Source: an uncultured Gemmatimonadales bacterium
GTDB taxonomy: Bacteria; Gemmatimonadota; Gemmatimonadetes; Gemmatimonadales; GWC2-71-9
Assembly (NCBI GenBank): GCA_963728915.1
Contig: CAVSLV010000001.1
Location: 736,001 to 800,000, forward strand
Length of the DNA stretch: 64,000 bases
Reading direction: 5' to 3'
Position 1 is the first letter of the stretch. Each line of letters opens with the position of its first letter. Both the position numbers and the translations under genes were made by a program. Shown here one piece after another: positions 61,066 to 64,000 of the stretch. The notes beneath the pieces were generated by a model. The model searched no databases. It was not told the origin of the DNA and was given only the letters and a program-made list of their open reading frames with translations.

Positions 61066-61777
61066 GCTCGAGCGCGTGTTCGGTCGCGATTGCGTAGCGG
61101 TAGCCGTCGAACCACGCACCCGGATTGAGATAGCGGTGGCCGGGGGAGACCTCGATCGCCACGGGGCGGTGACTGTGTCCCAGGATGAGGAGGCCAACAT
61201 CGGGTTCTCGACCGAGCAGCTCCTCCGCCCATTGCTTCTGTCTGGCGGCGGTTCGCTCTTCCTCCGCCAGGTCGTGGGGCGATCGGGCTGGCCGGGCCAG
61301 CGGCAGAGTCACCAGGAAACCGAGATCCGCGGGGAGTGCGCGATAAACCAGCGAGGCGAGGGGAGAGCCGATGACCGCCGCCTTGAGGCGGGTGCGGAGC
61401 GCGCCCCCCGGCACCCGGTCACCGTGCCGGGCCCGGACCGGAGACTCCCCCAGCAGAAATCGCAGCTCGCCGGGCGAGTATTGAATTCCCAGCTCCTCCC
61501 AGAACGGCGACCCCCAGCGGTCGTGATTGCCGCCGGTCATCATGACGGGCAGGCGACGGGCCAGTTCGGCAAGCCGGGTAACGATCCGGAATCCCGCCCT
61601 CGGCAGCGCCCGCCGGTAGGCGAACCAGAAGCCGAAAAGATCACCGTTGATCAGCAGTCCATCCCCCAATCCGGGAACCCGGTCGAGGAATCCGAGCAAC
61701 GCGTCTTCGTCCGCAACCGGCACCGCTCCGAGATGCGCGTCGCTCAGCACCACGAGGCGGTGAATGGGTCGCGGCAT
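61046..61777 (-). CDS. UDP-2,3-diacylglucosamine hydrolase-like metallophosphoesterase (LpxH family)
   Basis: SDAHLG, GDLF, GNHD, HGD, GHSH, NPGAW. Confidence 0.8.
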   Translation of the reverse strand: MPRPIHRLVVLSDAHLGAVPVADEDALLGFLDRVPGLGDGLLINGDLFGFWFAYRRALPRAGFRIVTRLAELARRLPVMMTGGNHDRWGSPFWEELGIQYSPGELRFLLGESPVRARHGDRVPGGALRTRLKAAVIGSPLASLVYRALPADLGFLVTLPLARPARSPHDLAEEERTAARQKQWAEELLGREPDVGLLILGHSHRPVAIEVSPGHRYLNPGAWFDGYRYAIATEHALELNQFRG

Positions 61778-61812
61778 GGCCCCGAAGATAGGAGTGGCAT
61801 GCAGCCGGCACC

Positions 61813-62229
61813 ATGACGGAGCTCACCGTGCGGGTCAACTACAGCGAAACCGACCAGATGGGCGTGGTCTACCATGCCCGGTATCTGGTGTGGCTCGATG
61901 TGGCACGCTGTGAGCACATTCGTGCCGCGGGGCAGAGCTACGCCGGGCTCGAGGAGCAAGGGTACCGTCTCGCGGTCGGGGATCTCCGGATCCGCTATCG
62001 CCAGCCGGCCCGCTACGATGATCTGGTGCGGGTGCGTTGCTGGGTTCGCGATGCTCGATCCCGGCGGATCACGTTCGGCTACGCCCTCGATCTTCCCGGA
62101 ACGGAAACGCTGATCGCGACCGCGGAAACCGCCATGTTCGTCCTGGACCGGGATCTCGCACCGACCCGGCTGTCCTCCGAGGTCCTGGGCCTGCTCGCGC
62201 CGGAACCCGATCCCGTGAGGCTCTTCTGA
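61813..62229 (+). CDS. Acyl-CoA thioesterase (YbgC/FadM family)
   Basis: VNYSETDQMGVVYHARYL, PARYDD. Confidence 0.9.
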   Translation: MTELTVRVNYSETDQMGVVYHARYLVWLDVARCEHIRAAGQSYAGLEEQGYRLAVGDLRIRYRQPARYDDLVRVRCWVRDARSRRITFGYALDLPGTETLIATAETAMFVLDRDLAPTRLSSEVLGLLAPEPDPVRLF

Positions 62230-62231
62230 CG

Positions 62232-62924
62232 GTGAAGCGGGCATTCTGGGCCGGCCTCCTGGGGTTGACGGCGCTCGCCTCCTGCGCCCCGCGCGTTACG
62301 CCCATTCCCATGCCTGCCGGGTTGATGGAAGCATCTCGCCAAGCCGCCATTCACTGGGCCGATTCGACCAGACTCGCAAATCCGACCGACATCCGCTTCC
62401 GGTTCCGGTTTCAGGACGCGGCCGGGCGCGGGAGGGCTCGCTACTCGCCGCGCGATTCCATTCGGTTCGACGTCCAGGGTCCCCTGGGCATGGGTCGTGC
62501 GACTGCGTTCATCGTCGGAGATTCGGCACGCTGGACCGAGCCGGAGGAACAGATCCACAAGTTCGTCCCGAACTACCCGCTGTTCTGGGCAATGCTGGGG
62601 ATAGCGCGCCCTCCGGAGCCAGGGAGCACCGTGCGGGTGTACCGCGACCTGCGGGTCACTGCTTGGCAATTCGCGGCGGGGCAGGATACTGTGGAGTACG
62701 TTCTGGAGAGCGGGAAGACGCCCACGTTTTACGCCGAGGTCCGGCAGGGCGGTCAGCGGATCGGGAAGGTCGAGACCCGGTTGGGCCCGGACGGATTTCC
62801 GACGACCTCACGGCTGACGGTGCTCCACCCTCCCTCCCGGCTGGACCTGACCTTTCAACAGCATGCGAAAGTGGCCTCCTTTGCGCCGGATATCTGGGCT
62901 CGGCCCGCTCCTTCTCAGCCTTAG
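62232..62924 (+). CDS. Hypothetical lipoprotein
   Basis: GTG start; lipobox LASC; DSIRFDVQGPLG. Confidence 0.7.
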   Translation: MKRAFWAGLLGLTALASCAPRVTPIPMPAGLMEASRQAAIHWADSTRLANPTDIRFRFRFQDAAGRGRARYSPRDSIRFDVQGPLGMGRATAFIVGDSARWTEPEEQIHKFVPNYPLFWAMLGIARPPEPGSTVRVYRDLRVTAWQFAAGQDTVEYVLESGKTPTFYAEVRQGGQRIGKVETRLGPDGFPTTSRLTVLHPPSRLDLTFQQHAKVASFAPDIWARPAPSQP

Positions 62925-63408
62925 CGCCCTTGCCCCAAGCGGGTGTCTGTACAAGTTCAGCGGCGGGGGGCTGCCGTCGAACATTCGGACCGTGGCGGTT
63001 TTGCCGTTCGAAAACCTCACGCCTGAGCCGGTGCTCACCCAGGAAGTGACCAGCGCAGTCCGAGAAGCAGTCCAGAGTCGGCTTGGGCTTCGCCAGGCGG
63101 GCGAACAGGACGCCGATGCCGTGGTGAACGGCTCGGTTCAACAGTACAACCCCGACCTCCCGGTCACCTTCACCGGAACCCCGACCCCGGGACAACAGAG
63201 CAGGGTCGATGTCACCAGGCGCATGGTCCAGATCAGCGTGAACGTCAAGATTCTCAACCAGCGCGAGGGCAAGGTGCTCTGGGAGCGAAGTGCCCTCCTG
63301 GTTCAGGGTGAATACGAGCCCGGCAAGGAATCGGAAGCTGCCGGGCGGAAGCGAGCCCTGGACAAGCTGGTGAACGAGATCGTGGACGGGGCCCAGTCGC
63401 AATGGTGA
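62863..63408 (+). CDS. lptE: LPS assembly lipoprotein LptE family
   Basis: [32 protein letters not shown]; terminal W. Confidence 0.78.
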   Translation: MRKWPPLRRISGLGPLLLSLSALAPSGCLYKFSGGGLPSNIRTVAVLPFENLTPEPVLTQEVTSAVREAVQSRLGLRQAGEQDADAVVNGSVQQYNPDLPVTFTGTPTPGQQSRVDVTRRMVQISVNVKILNQREGKVLWERSALLVQGEYEPGKESEAAGRKRALDKLVNEIVDGAQSQW

Positions 63409-63764
63409 ACAATCGCCGCGGCTCCGGACGCCTGGGGTGTCTGTTTTCCCTCCTGATCGTCGCGGTGGTCTGCTATTACGGCATTCCGATGTTCAGAGTG
63501 TACTGGGACTACTACCGCCTGGTGGAAGAAATGGGGACGAACGCCCGCTTCGCCGAAACGCTGACCGACGACCAAATGCTCAAGCGGCTTCGGAGCACCG
63601 TGGACGATCTGGACCTCCCCGCCGAGGCAAAGCGCTTCGTGATTCATCGGACCAAGTTCCCTCGCACGATCACCATCCGAACCCAGTACCACGAGGTGAT
63701 CGAGCTTCCCTTCCAACACAAGGCCTTGACCCTCCACCCCTCCGTCAACGTTCAGCTATGGTGA
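63402..63764 (+). CDS. Membrane-anchored hypothetical protein with pilin-like RRG leader
   Basis: [20 protein letters not shown] then soluble domain. Confidence 0.7.
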   Translation: MVNNRRGSGRLGCLFSLLIVAVVCYYGIPMFRVYWDYYRLVEEMGTNARFAETLTDDQMLKRLRSTVDDLDLPAEAKRFVIHRTKFPRTITIRTQYHEVIELPFQHKALTLHPSVNVQLW

Positions 63765-64000
63765 CCCGGCCCGACGGGCGCGCCCACGACCAGCTGCGAC
63801 CCTTCGCCCTGGAACGGGGCGCCAATCCCTACGCCGAAGGCTCCTGTCTGATTCGGGTCGGCGGCACGCTGGTGCACTGCACCGCCAGCGTGGAGGAAGG
63901 GGTGCCGCCCTTCCGGAAGGGCTCCGGCCTCGGCTGGATCACCGCCGAGTACGCGATGCTGCCTCGAGCCACCCTGGAACGCACCAGCCGCGAACGCTCC
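63758..64000 (+). CDS. rph: Ribonuclease PH (3' partial)
   Basis: [40 protein letters not shown]; not in the ORF track because it has no stop in the window. Confidence 0.95.
   Translation, partial: MVTRPDGRAHDQLRPFALERGANPYAEGSCLIRVGGTLVHCTASVEEGVPPFRKGSGLGWITAEYAMLPRATLERTSRERS

Overview
High-GC bacterial chromosomal window. Gene content and order suggest Gemmatimonadota, but this is an inference. The left half (1-31.5 kb) is an accessory signalling and envelope region. It holds five Hanks-type Ser/Thr kinases, two kinase-coupled ECF sigma factors, an FHA-trypsin protease, a kinase-PP2C fusion, a TonB-dependent receptor next to an OmpR-type two-component system, several lipoproteins and a TetA-like MFS gene with a frameshift. 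The right half is housekeeping: manC-like, serS, pcrA/uvrD, gatCAB, murA, pgeF, nusA-infB-rbfA-truB-ribF, secDF, tatD, fhs, ridA, tRNA-Sec, murI, lpxH-like, lptE and rph. The best candidate for an undescribed system is 21.2-30.8 kb: ECF sigma > TPR kinase > FHA-TM-protease > kinase-PEGA-PP2C > kinase, plus a divergent beta-barrel gene. These genes share three copies of a bipartite promoter-like motif (TGAGCC-N14-CTKCGCGTRT). Two of the proteins carry repeated [AE]TR[LA] peptide motifs, which may be phosphothreonine docking sites. No CRISPR array, rRNA, transposase or integrase was seen. All calls come from reading sequence motifs by eye, with no database searches.
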